Assembly (NCBI GenBank): GCA_965263035.1
Contig: OZ253580.1
Location: 3,136,001 to 3,200,000, forward strand
DNA: 64,000 nt
Reading direction: 5' to 3'
DNA from: Acidobacteriota bacterium
GTDB lineage: Bacteria; Acidobacteriota; UBA6911; RPQK01; JAJDTT01
Of the stretch, positions 39,512-49,599 are shown piece after piece. A program made the position numbers and the translations under genes. The notes below the pieces were generated by a model. That model had not been told where the DNA came from and searched no databases. It was given only the letters and a program-made list of their open reading frames with translations. Each line of letters begins with the position of its first letter. Position 1 is the first letter of the stretch.

Positions 39512-40140
39512 GTGGCCTCCCCGGAGAAAGCCTTTTTTCGGTTCCTTCTCCGGATCAGGACGATCGCCGTCAAGACGGCGACCAGGGACAGGAAAAGGAT
39601 GACACCGACGGTTTTCATTTCTTCCTGGAGGACCTGCTTGGCGGCCTCACCATAGAGAACTGCCAGAATTCCCCACATGAAGTACCGGATGGTCCTGCCC
39701 AGAGAGATCAACACAATAAATCGACCCGGAGGGATCCGGAAGAGGCCGGCGGAAAGGACGAAGATCTTGAAGGGAGTTGGAGGGGGGAGGACGGCCGGCA
39801 CCAGGAGGGTCCAGATTCCCCAGCGGTCGTACAATCGCCGCATCTCGTTTCGTCTTTTCTCGGACAGCCTCCTCTTCACGAAATCCCCGCCTCTACGGCC
39901 GACGCTGTACAGGAGCGTGCATCCCAGGACGGACCCGATGATGGTCATGGTCACGTAGTAGGACATGAGGTCCCAGGACTGTCCGGTGGAAAGAGCAATG
40001 ATCAGAATGTCGTTTCCTTCGGGAATGGACAGGAAAGAGGAATCGGCCAGCGCCACCAACAGCAGGGCGGGTCCTCCATACTCCACGACGGTCGCATAGA
40101 GACCACTGAACATCTCCTGGATCTGCTGCCAGAAGCTCAT
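39508..40140 (-). CDS. DedA/YqaA (VTT domain) membrane protein
   Basis: DSSF..IP, GS.LG...Y..GR.GG, PPPTPFK.F...AG, GR..RY. Confidence 0.88.
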   Translation of the reverse strand: MSFWQQIQEMFSGLYATVVEYGGPALLLVALADSSFLSIPEGNDILIIALSTGQSWDLMSYYVTMTIIGSVLGCTLLYSVGRRGGDFVKRRLSEKRRNEMRRLYDRWGIWTLLVPAVLPPPTPFKIFVLSAGLFRIPPGRFIVLISLGRTIRYFMWGILAVLYGEAAKQVLQEEMKTVGVILFLSLVAVLTAIVLIRRRNRKKAFSGEAT

Positions 40141-40274
40141 GCTGCAGATTGTGAACAGCGCCATTTCGAGTAACATGTTATCAGAGCCGATCGATGGGCC
40201 TGCTCGGCTCTTCAGACGGCTCTGTCATCCGGTGTGACAACCGGGACGGCAGAACTTGGAAGTAAACCTTGCCC

Positions 40275-40724
40275 ATGGTCGAGTCTCTGCAAGGCATGGA
40301 TTCCGAAGGGATCGAGCTCGAGATGGATCGTATCGAGACTCTCTACAGAGAGTACGTTCTGGGCGGACGTGTGCGTCCTGTGAGCCTGGCCGGAAGGAAG
40401 TGCCGCCCCCGGATCATGGACACCATCTTGGGCTTTGAGATTCGGGCCGGCTCCAGAAAAATCGCTTGTCCCGACATTACCAGCGCTCGCTATCTGGTGA
40501 TCTTTACCGAGCTGGGAATGGATTTGGTGTGCATCCCGTACGACCCCACGCGGACCGCCAGGATCCTTCCCCAGTTGGAGCGGTCCTTCGGTCGGATCAG
40601 GGAACTCTTGGCGGAAGCCGACGACCCGGGAACGGCGCGACAGAAAACGGGACGCGTGTACGCTAAGCTGAGGGATCGTCTCAGGAAGGCCGAGCGAAGG
40701 TTTCCCGGGATCGATTCCTGCTGA
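40275..40724 (+). CDS. Conserved hypothetical protein (CPD...ARYL motif)
   Basis: Fills the gap between dedA and dnaK; protein-like composition. Confidence 0.65.
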   Translation: MVESLQGMDSEGIELEMDRIETLYREYVLGGRVRPVSLAGRKCRPRIMDTILGFEIRAGSRKIACPDITSARYLVIFTELGMDLVCIPYDPTRTARILPQLERSFGRIRELLAEADDPGTARQKTGRVYAKLRDRLRKAERRFPGIDSC

Positions 40725-40738
40725 CTCGAAGGACCAAC

Positions 40739-42670
40739 TCAAGAGTTCTTCTTGTCGTCCACGTCGACGTACTCGGCGTCGATCACTTGGCCATCGTCCT
40801 CTTGAGCTCCGCTCGTACGAGCCTCCGGCCCCCCGGGTCCCCCGGGCTGGGGCTCAGTTGTTTCTGACTGCTGAGTCTGTTGATACATGGCCTGAGCCAC
40901 CTGGTGCGAGGCCTGCTGCAGTTTCTCCACGCTCTGCTTGATGGCCTCGGCGTCTCCTCCCTCCATGGCCTTGCGAGTCTCGGCGATGGCGTCCTCGACG
41001 GCTTTGGCGTCCGATTCCGGGATCTTGTCCCGGTTGTCCTTGACCATTTTCTCGGTGGAATAAATCAGGTTGTCCGCCTGGTTCCGAGCCTCGATCTCCT
41101 CCTTCTTCCGCAGGTCTTCCTCGCCGTGATCTTCGGCCTCCCTCACCATTCGCTGAATCTCATCGTCGCTGAGTCCGCTGGAGCCGCTGATGGTGATCTT
41201 CTGCTCCGTTCCGGTGCCCAGGTCCTTGGCGCTCACGTTGAGGATGCCGTTGGCGTCGATGTCGAAGGTGACCTCGATCTGAGGGATGCCCCGGGGAGCA
41301 GGTGGAATCCCCGAGAGGTGAAACCGGCCCAGGGACTTGTTGGCTCTGGCCATGGGCCGCTCCCCCTGCTGGACGTGGACCTCCACCGAAGTCTGGCTAT
41401 CGGCGGCGGTGGAAAAGACCTCGCTCTTGCGCGTGGGAATGGTCGTGTTCCTGGGAATCAAAACGGTCGCCACGGCCCCCAAAGTCTCGATACCGAGCGA
41501 CAGCGGAGTGACGTCCAAGAGCAGGACGTCCTTGACCTCTCCGCCCAGGACGCCGGCTTGAACCGCCGCTCCCACGCCCACGACCTCGTCCGGGTTGACA
41601 CCCTTGTGAGGCTCCTTGCCGAAGAAATCGCGGACGATCTCGTGCACTCTCGGTATCCGCGTGGAGCCGCCGACAAGAACCACCTCGTTCACTTCCTGGG
41701 GATTCATGTCGGCGTCGGCAAGGGCTCGGCGGCAGGGTTCCACGGTCCTTTGCAGCAGGTCCTCCACCAGCTGCTCGAAGCGGGCCCGGGTCAGCTTCAG
41801 GCTCAGGTGCTTGGGTCCGCTGGCGTCCGCCGTAATGAACGGTAGATTGATGTCGGTCTCCTGGGTCGTGGAGAGCTCCGTCTTGGCCTTTTCTGCCGCT
41901 TCCTTCAATCGCTGAAGGGCCATCTTGTCCCGGGAGAGATCGATCCCCTGGTCCTTCTGGAACTCGTCGACCACCCAGTCGATGAGCCGCTGGTCGATGT
42001 TGTCGCCGCCCAGGTGCGTGTCGCCGTTGGTGGCCTTGACCTCGACGATTCCCTCTCCGACTTCCAGGATCGAAATGTCGAACGTGCCGCCGCCGAAGTC
42101 GAAGACGGCGATGGTCTGGTCTGTCTTCTGGTCCAGACCGTAGGCCAGCGCGGCGGCAGTCGGCTCGTTCACGAGCCTCAGGACCTCCAGGCCCGCGATC
42201 TTCCCGGCGTCTTTGGTTGCCTGCCGCTGCGAGTCGTTGAAGTAAGCGGGCACGGTGATGACGGCCTGGTTCACGCTCTGGCCCAGATATTCCTCGGCTG
42301 CGGACCGGAGCTTCTGAAGGGTCATGGCCGACACCTCGGGCGGCGAGTGATTCTTACCCCCCAATTCCACCCGGGCGTCGCCATTGTTTGCGGCGCTGAC
42401 CCTGTAGGGGACCATCCCGATCTCTTCATTCACTTCGTTGAACTTGCGCCCCATGAAACGCTTGATGGAGTAGGCGGTGTTCTCGGGATTGGTGATGGCT
42501 TGGCGCTTGGCGACCTGACCCACCAGCCGCTCGCCGCTCTTGGTGATGGCGACGATTGAAGCGGTCGTACGGCCGCCTTCCTGGTTGGCGATGACGGTGG
42601 GCTTGTTCCCCTCCATCACCGCCACCACTGAGTTCGTAGTTCCCAGATCGATACCGATGATTCTCGACAT
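40739..42670 (-). CDS. dnaK: Chaperone DnaK
   Basis: [32 protein letters not shown]; GGAGG SD. Confidence 0.99.
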   Translation of the reverse strand: MSRIIGIDLGTTNSVVAVMEGNKPTVIANQEGGRTTASIVAITKSGERLVGQVAKRQAITNPENTAYSIKRFMGRKFNEVNEEIGMVPYRVSAANNGDARVELGGKNHSPPEVSAMTLQKLRSAAEEYLGQSVNQAVITVPAYFNDSQRQATKDAGKIAGLEVLRLVNEPTAAALAYGLDQKTDQTIAVFDFGGGTFDISILEVGEGIVEVKATNGDTHLGGDNIDQRLIDWVVDEFQKDQGIDLSRDKMALQRLKEAAEKAKTELSTTQETDINLPFITADASGPKHLSLKLTRARFEQLVEDLLQRTVEPCRRALADADMNPQEVNEVVLVGGSTRIPRVHEIVRDFFGKEPHKGVNPDEVVGVGAAVQAGVLGGEVKDVLLLDVTPLSLGIETLGAVATVLIPRNTTIPTRKSEVFSTAADSQTSVEVHVQQGERPMARANKSLGRFHLSGIPPAPRGIPQIEVTFDIDANGILNVSAKDLGTGTEQKITISGSSGLSDDEIQRMVREAEDHGEEDLRKKEEIEARNQADNLIYSTEKMVKDNRDKIPESDAKAVEDAIAETRKAMEGGDAEAIKQSVEKLQQASHQVAQAMYQQTQQSETTEPQPGGPGGPEARTSGAQEDDGQVIDAEYVDVDDKKNS

Positions 42671-42706
42671 TTCGGGCTTCCTCCTACCTCTGTAAATATC
42701 TAATGA

Positions 42707-42735
42707 CTTGTAAGATTCGATATTGGGGCTGTCAA
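42707..42735 (-). promoter_or_regulatory. Putative dnaK promoter
   Basis: TTGACA-17 bp-TACAAG. Confidence 0.45.
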
Positions 42736-42757
42736 GGGCGGCCGCCCGGTCCTGGAG

Positions 42758-42919
42758 TCAGGACCGAGAGTCGGGGGGACTGCCGCCGTGGTCTCGGATT
42801 TCCGCGGCCAGTATATCCAGCCGCCGGCCCAGCCGGCGCTGGGTCCGGGTGATATGGAGAAGGAAGGCAAACAGAAGGGTCCAGATGACCATGTAGGCGG
42901 CAAAGAGATAGCCGATCAC
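42758..42919 (-). CDS. ccmD: CcmD family small membrane protein (53 aa; not in ORF track)
   Basis: Read manually: GGAGG SD, GTG-IGYLFAAYMVIWTLLFAFLL...QRRL; directly after ccmC. Confidence 0.8.
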   Translation of the reverse strand: MIGYLFAAYMVIWTLLFAFLLHITRTQRRLGRRLDILAAEIRDHGGSPPDSRS

Positions 42920-42932
42920 GATCCGTCCTCCA

Positions 42933-43655
42933 TCATTTGGCCAGGACCTCCACTTCCATTTCCTGAGTCAGGCGCTCCTGTAGACGCATGGACGTTCTCA
43001 AGCAGAGAAGGGTCGCATAGAGGGCCGCGAAAGCGAATACCGAGATCAAAAGCGTGTGCACCATCCTCGCCTCCAGATTCATGCCGCTGGAAGTGATGAC
43101 CACCGGATGGTGGGTTCTCCACCAGCGGATGGACATCCAGACGATGGGGACGTTGATGAAACCGACGATGCCCAGCACGGCACAGAATTTGTACTTCTGA
43201 TCCCCCTCGGGAAGGCTGCTCCGGAGGATGAGGTACGCGACGTACATCATCCAAAGCACCAGCGTGGTCGTGACCCGAGGGTCGCCCCAGGGCCACCAGG
43301 TGAACCAGATCGGCTTGGCCCAGAGCGACCCGGTGATCAAGGTCATGGTGGTGAAGACCACGCCCACCTCGGTGGACGCCGCGGCCAACTGGTCCCATTT
43401 GGCGCGTCGCGTTCTGAGATAGGCAATACTGGCCAGGAAGACCACGAAAAAGGCCAGAAAGGCGTTCCAGGCGGAGCCTACGTGGAAATAGAAGATCCGC
43501 TGGACATCCCCCATGTATTTCTCGGTGGGAGCGTACAGGAAGGCGGCGTAGAGGGCCAACGCCCCCAAGAGGAAAGCTGGGGCCAGCAGCCAGCCGGCCC
43601 ACGCCGTGTAGCGGCGAATCGCCTGCCGTTCCGTTTCAAGATTCTTCGACCACAT
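42933..43655 (-). CDS. ccmC: Heme exporter/cytochrome c biogenesis protein CcmC
   Basis: RIFYFHV, TGSLWAKPIW.TWW..DPR, WWRT.HP. Confidence 0.93.
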   Translation of the reverse strand: MWSKNLETERQAIRRYTAWAGWLLAPAFLLGALALYAAFLYAPTEKYMGDVQRIFYFHVGSAWNAFLAFFVVFLASIAYLRTRRAKWDQLAAASTEVGVVFTTMTLITGSLWAKPIWFTWWPWGDPRVTTTLVLWMMYVAYLILRSSLPEGDQKYKFCAVLGIVGFINVPIVWMSIRWWRTHHPVVITSSGMNLEARMVHTLLISVFAFAALYATLLCLRTSMRLQERLTQEMEVEVLAK

Positions 43656-44337
43656 ATTCGAATACCAGATAGGAGGCTGCCAGGAAGATCACGTCAAAGG
43701 CGACCAATATCTTAATCCATCCGAAGAGGAAGCGGAACTTTTCTCCCAGCAGCACCTCCGTGCTGCCGTTCACCGCCGCCAGGATCACCGGGATGACGAT
43801 GGGGAAAAGCAGAATGGGAAGCAGGACCTCTCGGGTCCGGAGATTGGAGACCATGGCTCCGAACAACGTCCCTACGGCCGAGAAACCCAGACTGGAGAGG
43901 AGGATCAGAAGCAGCATCCAGAGCGTGGCCGAGGTCAGGGAAAAATTGTAGACGGCCATGAATATGACCAGGGTCAGCAGGTCGACGACCAACAAGAAGA
44001 TCCAGTTGGCCAGGAACTTGCCGAGAAAGATGAGTCCCCGGTCCATGGGGGAGAGCAGAACCCCGAGCAGCGTTCCTTCTTCTCTCTCCGACTGGAACGA
44101 TCGATTGAGCTGAATCACGCCGGGAAAGATCAGGGCCACCCATAGAATCCCCGGAGCCGCCTTTCGTGTTGCCGGGCTCGCCGGGTCGAACGCGAAGTTG
44201 AAGACCATCAGAATCAGGAAAGAAAAGAACAGGGTGGTGAAAAAAGCCTGACGGGATCTGAGCTCGATTCGAAGATCCTTCTCGGCCAGCGCCCAGACCA
44301 GATCGAGACCGTCCAGTAGGCTTCGAAGGGGACTCAA
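43636..44337 (-). CDS. ccmB: Heme exporter protein CcmB
   Basis: KDLRIELR, PGILW, RSF..E...GTL, LLPILLFP..IP; TTG start overlaps the nupC stop. Confidence 0.9.
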   Translation of the reverse strand: MSPLRSLLDGLDLVWALAEKDLRIELRSRQAFFTTLFFSFLILMVFNFAFDPASPATRKAAPGILWVALIFPGVIQLNRSFQSEREEGTLLGVLLSPMDRGLIFLGKFLANWIFLLVVDLLTLVIFMAVYNFSLTSATLWMLLLILLSSLGFSAVGTLFGAMVSNLRTREVLLPILLFPIVIPVILAAVNGSTEVLLGEKFRFLFGWIKILVAFDVIFLAASYLVFEYVVEES

Positions 44338-45632
44338 AACCCCATCAATCCTTCCTGACCATGAAAAAAGGCTCCCGCCGCCGCTCCGGTCATGAGCGTG
44401 GCCAGGGTGGCCGCCCAGAAGGCAGGCCAACTGAGCCGGGCCAGGTCGTTCCTTCGAGCCGGAACCAGCACCGAAAGGCCTCCCACGAAGATGGCCACGG
44501 AGGCCACGTGAGTGAAGCCGCAGAGCGCGTAGCTCAAGATCATGAGACCTCGGGGCGAGAGACTGCCGGCCGCGACCATGCTCGCCAGGTCCTGATAGGC
44601 CACCACCTCGGTCAGGATCCAGCGCTCACCGACGAGCCGGGCGGCGGCCGACCACTCGTCGGGAGTCAACCCCAAGCAGAGAACGAGAGGATAAGCCACC
44701 CAACCCAGAAGCATTTGGAGCGTCGGACGGAACTCCTCTTGGAGCGCCAGACTCGAGATCCCGCCCGCCGTCGCCCCCAATATCACGTCCAGCAGCTCGA
44801 CCAATCCCAGGATTCCGATCAGGAGGGCGCCGACTCCCACCGACAGACGGACTCCGTCGTTGGCGCCCTGGATGATACTGCCCATCCAGTGTCGAGACTT
44901 GCCGACGTCCTCCAAGGGAGGTACGGAACCCCGAGTCTGCGGCTCTTCTCCCTCGGGGACGATGATCTTGGCCATCAGCACCGCGGCGGGGATGGACAGC
45001 ACGGAGGCGGAGATCAGGTGCCCTGCGATATAGGGAAAGATGGGCTCCAGAAGACCGGCATAGACGGCCAGCACCGAGCTGGCGATGGTGGAAAGGCCCG
45101 ACGTCAGGAGCATCATCAACTCGGAACGGGTCATGCGCTCCAGAAAGGGCCGGACCGTCAGCATCGATTCGACACCGAAGAAAAGGTTGCTGCTGGTGGC
45201 CAGGGCTTCGGCTCCGCTGAGGCCGAAGCCGCGGTGAACCCAGCGGGCAATGGTTCTCACCACGAAGGGAAGAACTCCGAAGTGGTAGAGCAGGGAGATG
45301 ATCACCGAGAAGAAGACCACGGCGGGAAAAACCTGGAAGGCCAGGATGAAGCCCAGGGTGCCCTCTTGGCCGGGACCGGCCGCGAGAGGACCGAAGAGGA
45401 ATCGTGAACCGGCGCTGGAGGCGGTCAGAAGCGTGGCGACGGCGCCGTTGAGGGCCACCAGAACGACTCGGAAAAAGGGCCACCAGAAGACCACGACTCC
45501 CATTGCCAGCAGCGTGGCAGCAGCCGTCGCCGACGTTCGCCAGTTGACACCGCGGCGATTGGTGGAAGTGAGCCAGGCCAGCAGCACCAGTACGCAGCAT
45601 CCCGACGCCGAGTAAAGGTTCCACCAATTCAC
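44334..45632 (-). CDS. CNT/NupC family Na+/H+ nucleoside transporter
   Basis: G..FLFG, FQV.P.VVFFS, N.FFG.E, MTRSEL, TIASSVL, YALCGF; GTG start at 45632 (upstream ORF part is MITE). Confidence 0.9.
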   Translation of the reverse strand: MNWWNLYSASGCCVLVLLAWLTSTNRRGVNWRTSATAAATLLAMGVVVFWWPFFRVVLVALNGAVATLLTASSAGSRFLFGPLAAGPGQEGTLGFILAFQVFPAVVFFSVIISLLYHFGVLPFVVRTIARWVHRGFGLSGAEALATSSNLFFGVESMLTVRPFLERMTRSELMMLLTSGLSTIASSVLAVYAGLLEPIFPYIAGHLISASVLSIPAAVLMAKIIVPEGEEPQTRGSVPPLEDVGKSRHWMGSIIQGANDGVRLSVGVGALLIGILGLVELLDVILGATAGGISSLALQEEFRPTLQMLLGWVAYPLVLCLGLTPDEWSAAARLVGERWILTEVVAYQDLASMVAAGSLSPRGLMILSYALCGFTHVASVAIFVGGLSVLVPARRNDLARLSWPAFWAATLATLMTGAAAGAFFHGQEGLMGF

Positions 45633-45637
45633 GATCG

Positions 45638-45798
45638 ACAGTCCGTGGTGAAAGTCCCGGGAAGCACCGAGACCGGGGTTGCGCCCGCCGGACCAGGCGC
45701 GATGAGGGAGCATGCCGGGAGTATGTGACCGAGTCGCAACGCAGTCCGCCGGGATGCAGACCCGGTCGAATGCCGCGACGACTCTTGCCACGGGCTGT
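45638..45798. mobile_element. MITE family B, copy 3
   Basis: 161 bp, same TIRs and internal sequence as 20476-20636. Confidence 0.85.
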
Positions 45799-45837
45799 CA
45801 AGGTTCCGGCAGGGCGGGTTGAAGAGTCTCATGAGCA

Positions 45838-46560
45838 TCACGCCGGTGTCTCGGGAAGGGACTCCGGTTTGTCCCCCTCCACGGCTCGAACGTAGGCGGT
45901 CTCCACGCCGCGCCGGCCCAATCCGTCGGAGGCACGGTCGTACACCAGGGAACCCCGGTCCTGTATCAGGACGCGGTCGCACAGTTCCAGGCCCTCCGAC
46001 AGATTATGGGTCACGAGCAGAGCGGTGTGGTCCCCATCCTTGAGACTTCGGAGAATGCTCGTCAAGAGCCGGTTGCCCTGCTGGTCCAGACCCACGTAGG
46101 GTTCGTCCAGCAGTAGCAGGCGGGGCTCGTGCAGGAGGGCCCGGCCCAGCGTAAGCCGCTGTTTCATGCCCCGCGAATACTCCCTGACCAGTTGCTCTCC
46201 GGTTCCTGAAAGCCCCATCTTCTCCAGAACCCGGCGGGACCGTTTCCGGGGCCGGGCGATACCGTAGAGCCGCGAGTAGAACAGAAGGTTCTCGAGGCCG
46301 GTCATCTCCTGATAGAGCAGGCTCTGGTGGGACACGTAGCCGACGTTTCGCCGTTCCGGTCCGGATCCATTGAACCGGAGGGAGATGGTTCCGCTGGTGG
46401 GCTTGAGCAAGCCGGCAACGAGTTTCAGCAGGGTCGTCTTGCCGGCGCCGTTGGGCCCGAAGAGGCTGACGAATTGGCCCTTTTCGATCTGGAGGGTCAG
46501 GTCCGAGACGGCCCGATAGGTCCCGAACCGCTTGGTGAGGTGGCTGATCCGCAGCGCCAT
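45838..46560 (-). CDS. ccmA: Heme ABC exporter ATP-binding protein
   Basis: GPNGAGKTT, GYVSH, YSRGMKQR, LLDEP; ccm context. Confidence 0.88.
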   Translation of the reverse strand: MALRISHLTKRFGTYRAVSDLTLQIEKGQFVSLFGPNGAGKTTLLKLVAGLLKPTSGTISLRFNGSGPERRNVGYVSHQSLLYQEMTGLENLLFYSRLYGIARPRKRSRRVLEKMGLSGTGEQLVREYSRGMKQRLTLGRALLHEPRLLLLDEPYVGLDQQGNRLLTSILRSLKDGDHTALLVTHNLSEGLELCDRVLIQDRGSLVYDRASDGLGRRGVETAYVRAVEGDKPESLPETPA

Positions 46561-46569
46561 CGGGATGAG

Positions 46570-46878
46570 TCAGGCCCTGGTCTTTCGGATCCTTTTTCGC
46601 TCCAGCGCCTCGACCTGCTCGAAGACCTCGGCGGCCCGAACCTCGTACTCGGATTTCAGGTCCTCGTAATCCTGGGACGAGAGCTTGCCCATTCGGAAAT
46701 CCATCTCGATGTCCTTCAGGTTGGCGACAATGTCCTCCTTCTCCCGCAGGAGCGCCTGCCGGTCGGTCCGAGGAGCTTCCGGGGGAGGTTCCGCTCTGGT
46801 CTCACTCCCCCACAGGAGGGGATAGGCCACGTAAAGGACCATTCCAATGAAAAGAATGGGAGCGATGATCAGCTCCAT
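46570..46878 (-). CDS. Small CcmI-N-terminal-like membrane protein
   Basis: TM helix + LKDIEMDF..GKLS..DY; located between ccmF and ccmA. Confidence 0.7.
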   Translation of the reverse strand: MELIIAPILFIGMVLYVAYPLLWGSETRAEPPPEAPRTDRQALLREKEDIVANLKDIEMDFRMGKLSSQDYEDLKSEYEVRAAEVFEQVEALERKRIRKTRA

Positions 46879-46917
46879 GAAGAGTCCTCGCAAGGGACGA
46901 AATCCGCCGTCCGGGGA

Positions 46918-48915
46918 TCAGGCGGTTTCGGTCCGAATTTTCTCCCTCCGGCGTCGAACGCGAGCTCGCGCGGCCGGTTTCTTGTCCGGGAAAAAGAGGA
47001 AGACACCGGCCAGGACCATGATGCCGATGCCGATCCAGACCCACTGCACCATGGGGTTCAGGAAGACGTGAAACGTCGCCTGGGTCAGGTCTTCGTCGTA
47101 ACCGGACAGAACGACGTAGACATCGTCCATGAGGGTGCGCCGAATCGCCACTTCGCTCATGGGTTGCTCGTTCTTGTGGTGGAAGTGCTTCTGCGGAAAG
47201 AAGTTGCCGATGGGCTCGTGGTTCTCGTATCCGCTGATTCGAGCGTAGACCACGTCCTTTTCCGGATCCGATCTCTGGACCAGTTCCTGGAACTTGAGGG
47301 TGTACTGACCCACCCTGAACTCGTCGCCCTGGTTCACGGTCACCAGCTCCTCATGGGAGAAGAACGAGCTGGATATGATGCCGATGAAGGCCACGACGAT
47401 CCCCAGGTGGATGATGAAGCCGCCATAGCGGCGCTTGTTCATGAGGGTCAGGTCCTTCAGGGCGACCAGGAACGAGGAGGACCGGATGCCCTGGCGGGCC
47501 CGGGCGCCCTTGTAGAACTCGAAGAAGATGCAGAAGGCCACGAAGCCGCAGGCGGAATAGAAGAGCAGAGGAATCAGGGTTCGCACGCCCAGGAACAGGG
47601 CCAGCCCTCCCGCGAGCAGTCCGCCGGTCAAGGGAATCAGGAAGTTCCGCCGGAAATTCTTGAAGGAGGCTTTTCTCCAGGCGATCAGGGGGCAGATGCC
47701 GGTGAGCACCAGGAGCGTCAGGGCCAGGGGCCAGGTGACCTTGTTGAAGAAGGGCGCCGACACCGTGATCTTCTCCCCCTGGACCCACTCGGAGATGATC
47801 GGAAAGACGGTCCCCCAGAAGATGGCGAAGCAGATGGAGACGAACAACAGGTTGTTCAACAGGAAGGTCGCTTCCCGCGAAAGAAAGGACTTCATCCGCT
47901 GCTCGCTCCGCAGCTGATCCGATCTACGGACGATCCAGAAGACCCCGAACAGGGTCGACAGCAACAGGAACCCCGCAAACATCGGTCCCAGGTTGGAGAG
48001 GGCGAAGGAGTGGACCGATGAGATGACACCGCTCCGGGTGACGAAAGTGCCGAAGATGGAAAGCTCGAAGGCGACCAGGACGAGGATGAAATTCCACAGC
48101 TTCAGCATCCCCTTCTTCTCGGTGATCATGATGGAGTGGAGGAAGGCGGTGGCGAAGAGCCAGGGCATGAAGGAAGAGTTCTCCACCGGGTCCCACGCCC
48201 AATATCCTCCCCATCCCAGCTCCTCGTAGGCCCATATCCCCCCCAGCGTGAAGCCCATGGTCAGGAAGATCCAGGCCACCAGAGTCCATTGCCGGGTCAC
48301 GCGGATCCAGGAGGTGTCCAGCGTGCGGGACATGAGAGCGGCCATGGCGAAGGCGAACGGTATGGTCAGGCCGATGTAGCCCAGGTAGAGAATCGGTGGG
48401 TGGATCACCATGTATGAGTTCTGCAGCAGAGGATTGAGACCGTTGCCATCGGGAGGAGCGGCTCCCGGGAAGGTGTTGAAGGGATTGGTGGCAAAGGTCA
48501 GCAGGATCATGAAGAAGCACAGGATCCCGGCCATCACGGCGGTGGCGTAGGGCATCAATTTCCGGTTGCGGTTCCGGTTCTGGAGCACCGCAACCAGGCA
48601 GAAGAAGGCCAGCACCAGGGCCCACATGAGCAGGCTCCCCGCCTGCCCGCCCCAGAATGCGGTGAACTTGAAGATCGTGGGGATGTCGCTGGCGCTGTAT
48701 CCGGCGACGTATTGAACGCGGAATTCGTCCGTCAGCAGGAGACCGATGAGGCAGGCGGAGGCCGCCACCACAATGACAAAGGCGGCCACCAGACTGTTCT
48801 CGGCGCTCCGGGCCAGAGCCAGCTTCTTCCTGCGCCCTGCGATACCCGCTGCGATGCAGCCGTAACCGGACAGAGCCAGGCCGGCAAGGAGACAGTATCG
48901 ACCCAGTTCAATCAT
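46918..48915 (-). CDS. ccmF: Cytochrome c heme lyase CcmF
   Basis: WGGQAGSLL.W, LNPLLQ, HPP, WAYEELGWGGYWAWDPVEN, RSG..SVHSF. Confidence 0.96.
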   Translation of the reverse strand: MIELGRYCLLAGLALSGYGCIAAGIAGRRKKLALARSAENSLVAAFVIVVAASACLIGLLLTDEFRVQYVAGYSASDIPTIFKFTAFWGGQAGSLLMWALVLAFFCLVAVLQNRNRNRKLMPYATAVMAGILCFFMILLTFATNPFNTFPGAAPPDGNGLNPLLQNSYMVIHPPILYLGYIGLTIPFAFAMAALMSRTLDTSWIRVTRQWTLVAWIFLTMGFTLGGIWAYEELGWGGYWAWDPVENSSFMPWLFATAFLHSIMITEKKGMLKLWNFILVLVAFELSIFGTFVTRSGVISSVHSFALSNLGPMFAGFLLLSTLFGVFWIVRRSDQLRSEQRMKSFLSREATFLLNNLLFVSICFAIFWGTVFPIISEWVQGEKITVSAPFFNKVTWPLALTLLVLTGICPLIAWRKASFKNFRRNFLIPLTGGLLAGGLALFLGVRTLIPLLFYSACGFVAFCIFFEFYKGARARQGIRSSSFLVALKDLTLMNKRRYGGFIIHLGIVVAFIGIISSSFFSHEELVTVNQGDEFRVGQYTLKFQELVQRSDPEKDVVYARISGYENHEPIGNFFPQKHFHHKNEQPMSEVAIRRTLMDDVYVVLSGYDEDLTQATFHVFLNPMVQWVWIGIGIMVLAGVFLFFPDKKPAARARVRRRREKIRTETA

Positions 48916-48921
48916 GTTTCG

Positions 48922-49374
48922 TCAATAGGGCCTGTCGGGGACCTGGGACTTTTCGGAGGAAGCCGTCTGCGCTTCCTCATATTTGGAGGGGCATTTGGCC
49001 ATGAGGATCGTGGCCTGGAAATGGTGCCGGTCGGCTTGGTAGGTGCCCTCGACCACGACTTCCGCCCCGTCCTTGAAGGTGTCGGGGATGATCCCCTGAT
49101 AGGTGACCGGAAGAGTGTTGGGGGTCTTCTTTTCCATCACCAGGAAATCGACCTGTGACCGCTCCCGATCGATCCGGATGGTGCCGGAAGAAACGTGTCC
49201 ATGGACGCGCACCCCCAAGCCGGCGAGGTCCGACTTCTTTTCCATCAGCTCCGACAGGGTGTAGAAGTAGACCATGGTGTCGTTGATGCCGCTGAACATC
49301 AGGTAGCTCACGGCCCCCACGATCAACAGGCCGGCCACGATGAACTTGGGTGCAGGCAATCTGGAAGCAGCCAT
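48922..49374 (-). CDS. ccmE: Heme chaperone CcmE, CxxxY variant
   Basis: Y.G..PDTFK.G..VVVEG, AKCPSKY; start ATG 49374 lies downstream of extended -10 TGCTACAAT (49385-49393). Confidence 0.92.
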   Translation of the reverse strand: MAASRLPAPKFIVAGLLIVGAVSYLMFSGINDTMVYFYTLSELMEKKSDLAGLGVRVHGHVSSGTIRIDRERSQVDFLVMEKKTPNTLPVTYQGIIPDTFKDGAEVVVEGTYQADRHHFQATILMAKCPSKYEEAQTASSEKSQVPDRPY

Positions 49375-49523
49375 GGTGCCCGCCATTGTAGCAACTTCTC
49401 GGCACGTAGAGAAGAGACGGGGGAGAGGGGAAGAAGGAGTGGGAAGTCAGGAGAAACGGACTCTCCACTTGGCGGAGGTACGGCGCAGAGTGTTCGCCGG
49501 GGCTGCGTTTGGAGCCGGCGGAT

Positions 49524-49566
49524 GGAGACACGACCCCCTTCGGAGTTCCCAGGGGGTCGTGTCTCC
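49524..49566 (-). terminator. 16-bp perfect hairpin downstream of atpE (terminator or stabiliser)
   Basis: GGAGACACGACCCCCT / AGGGGGTCGTGTCTCC; no clear U-tract. Confidence 0.55.
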
Positions 49567-49599
49567 GGACTCGAATCGCCGTACGTATCCGAGGGGTTC

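Noticed and set aside
42671-42757. CIRCE/HrcA operator or grpE-dnaJ partners at dnaK
   Set aside because: No TTAGCACTC-N9-GAGTGCTAA is present; a solitary dnaK is not unusual
45633-45791. N-terminal extension of the nucleoside transporter
   Set aside because: It lies entirely in MITE B; the same MLPHRA.SGGR peptide appears at other copies
49405-49460. Purine-rich stretch with weak 7-bp periodicity
   Set aside because: Too degenerate, and no inverted partner nearby
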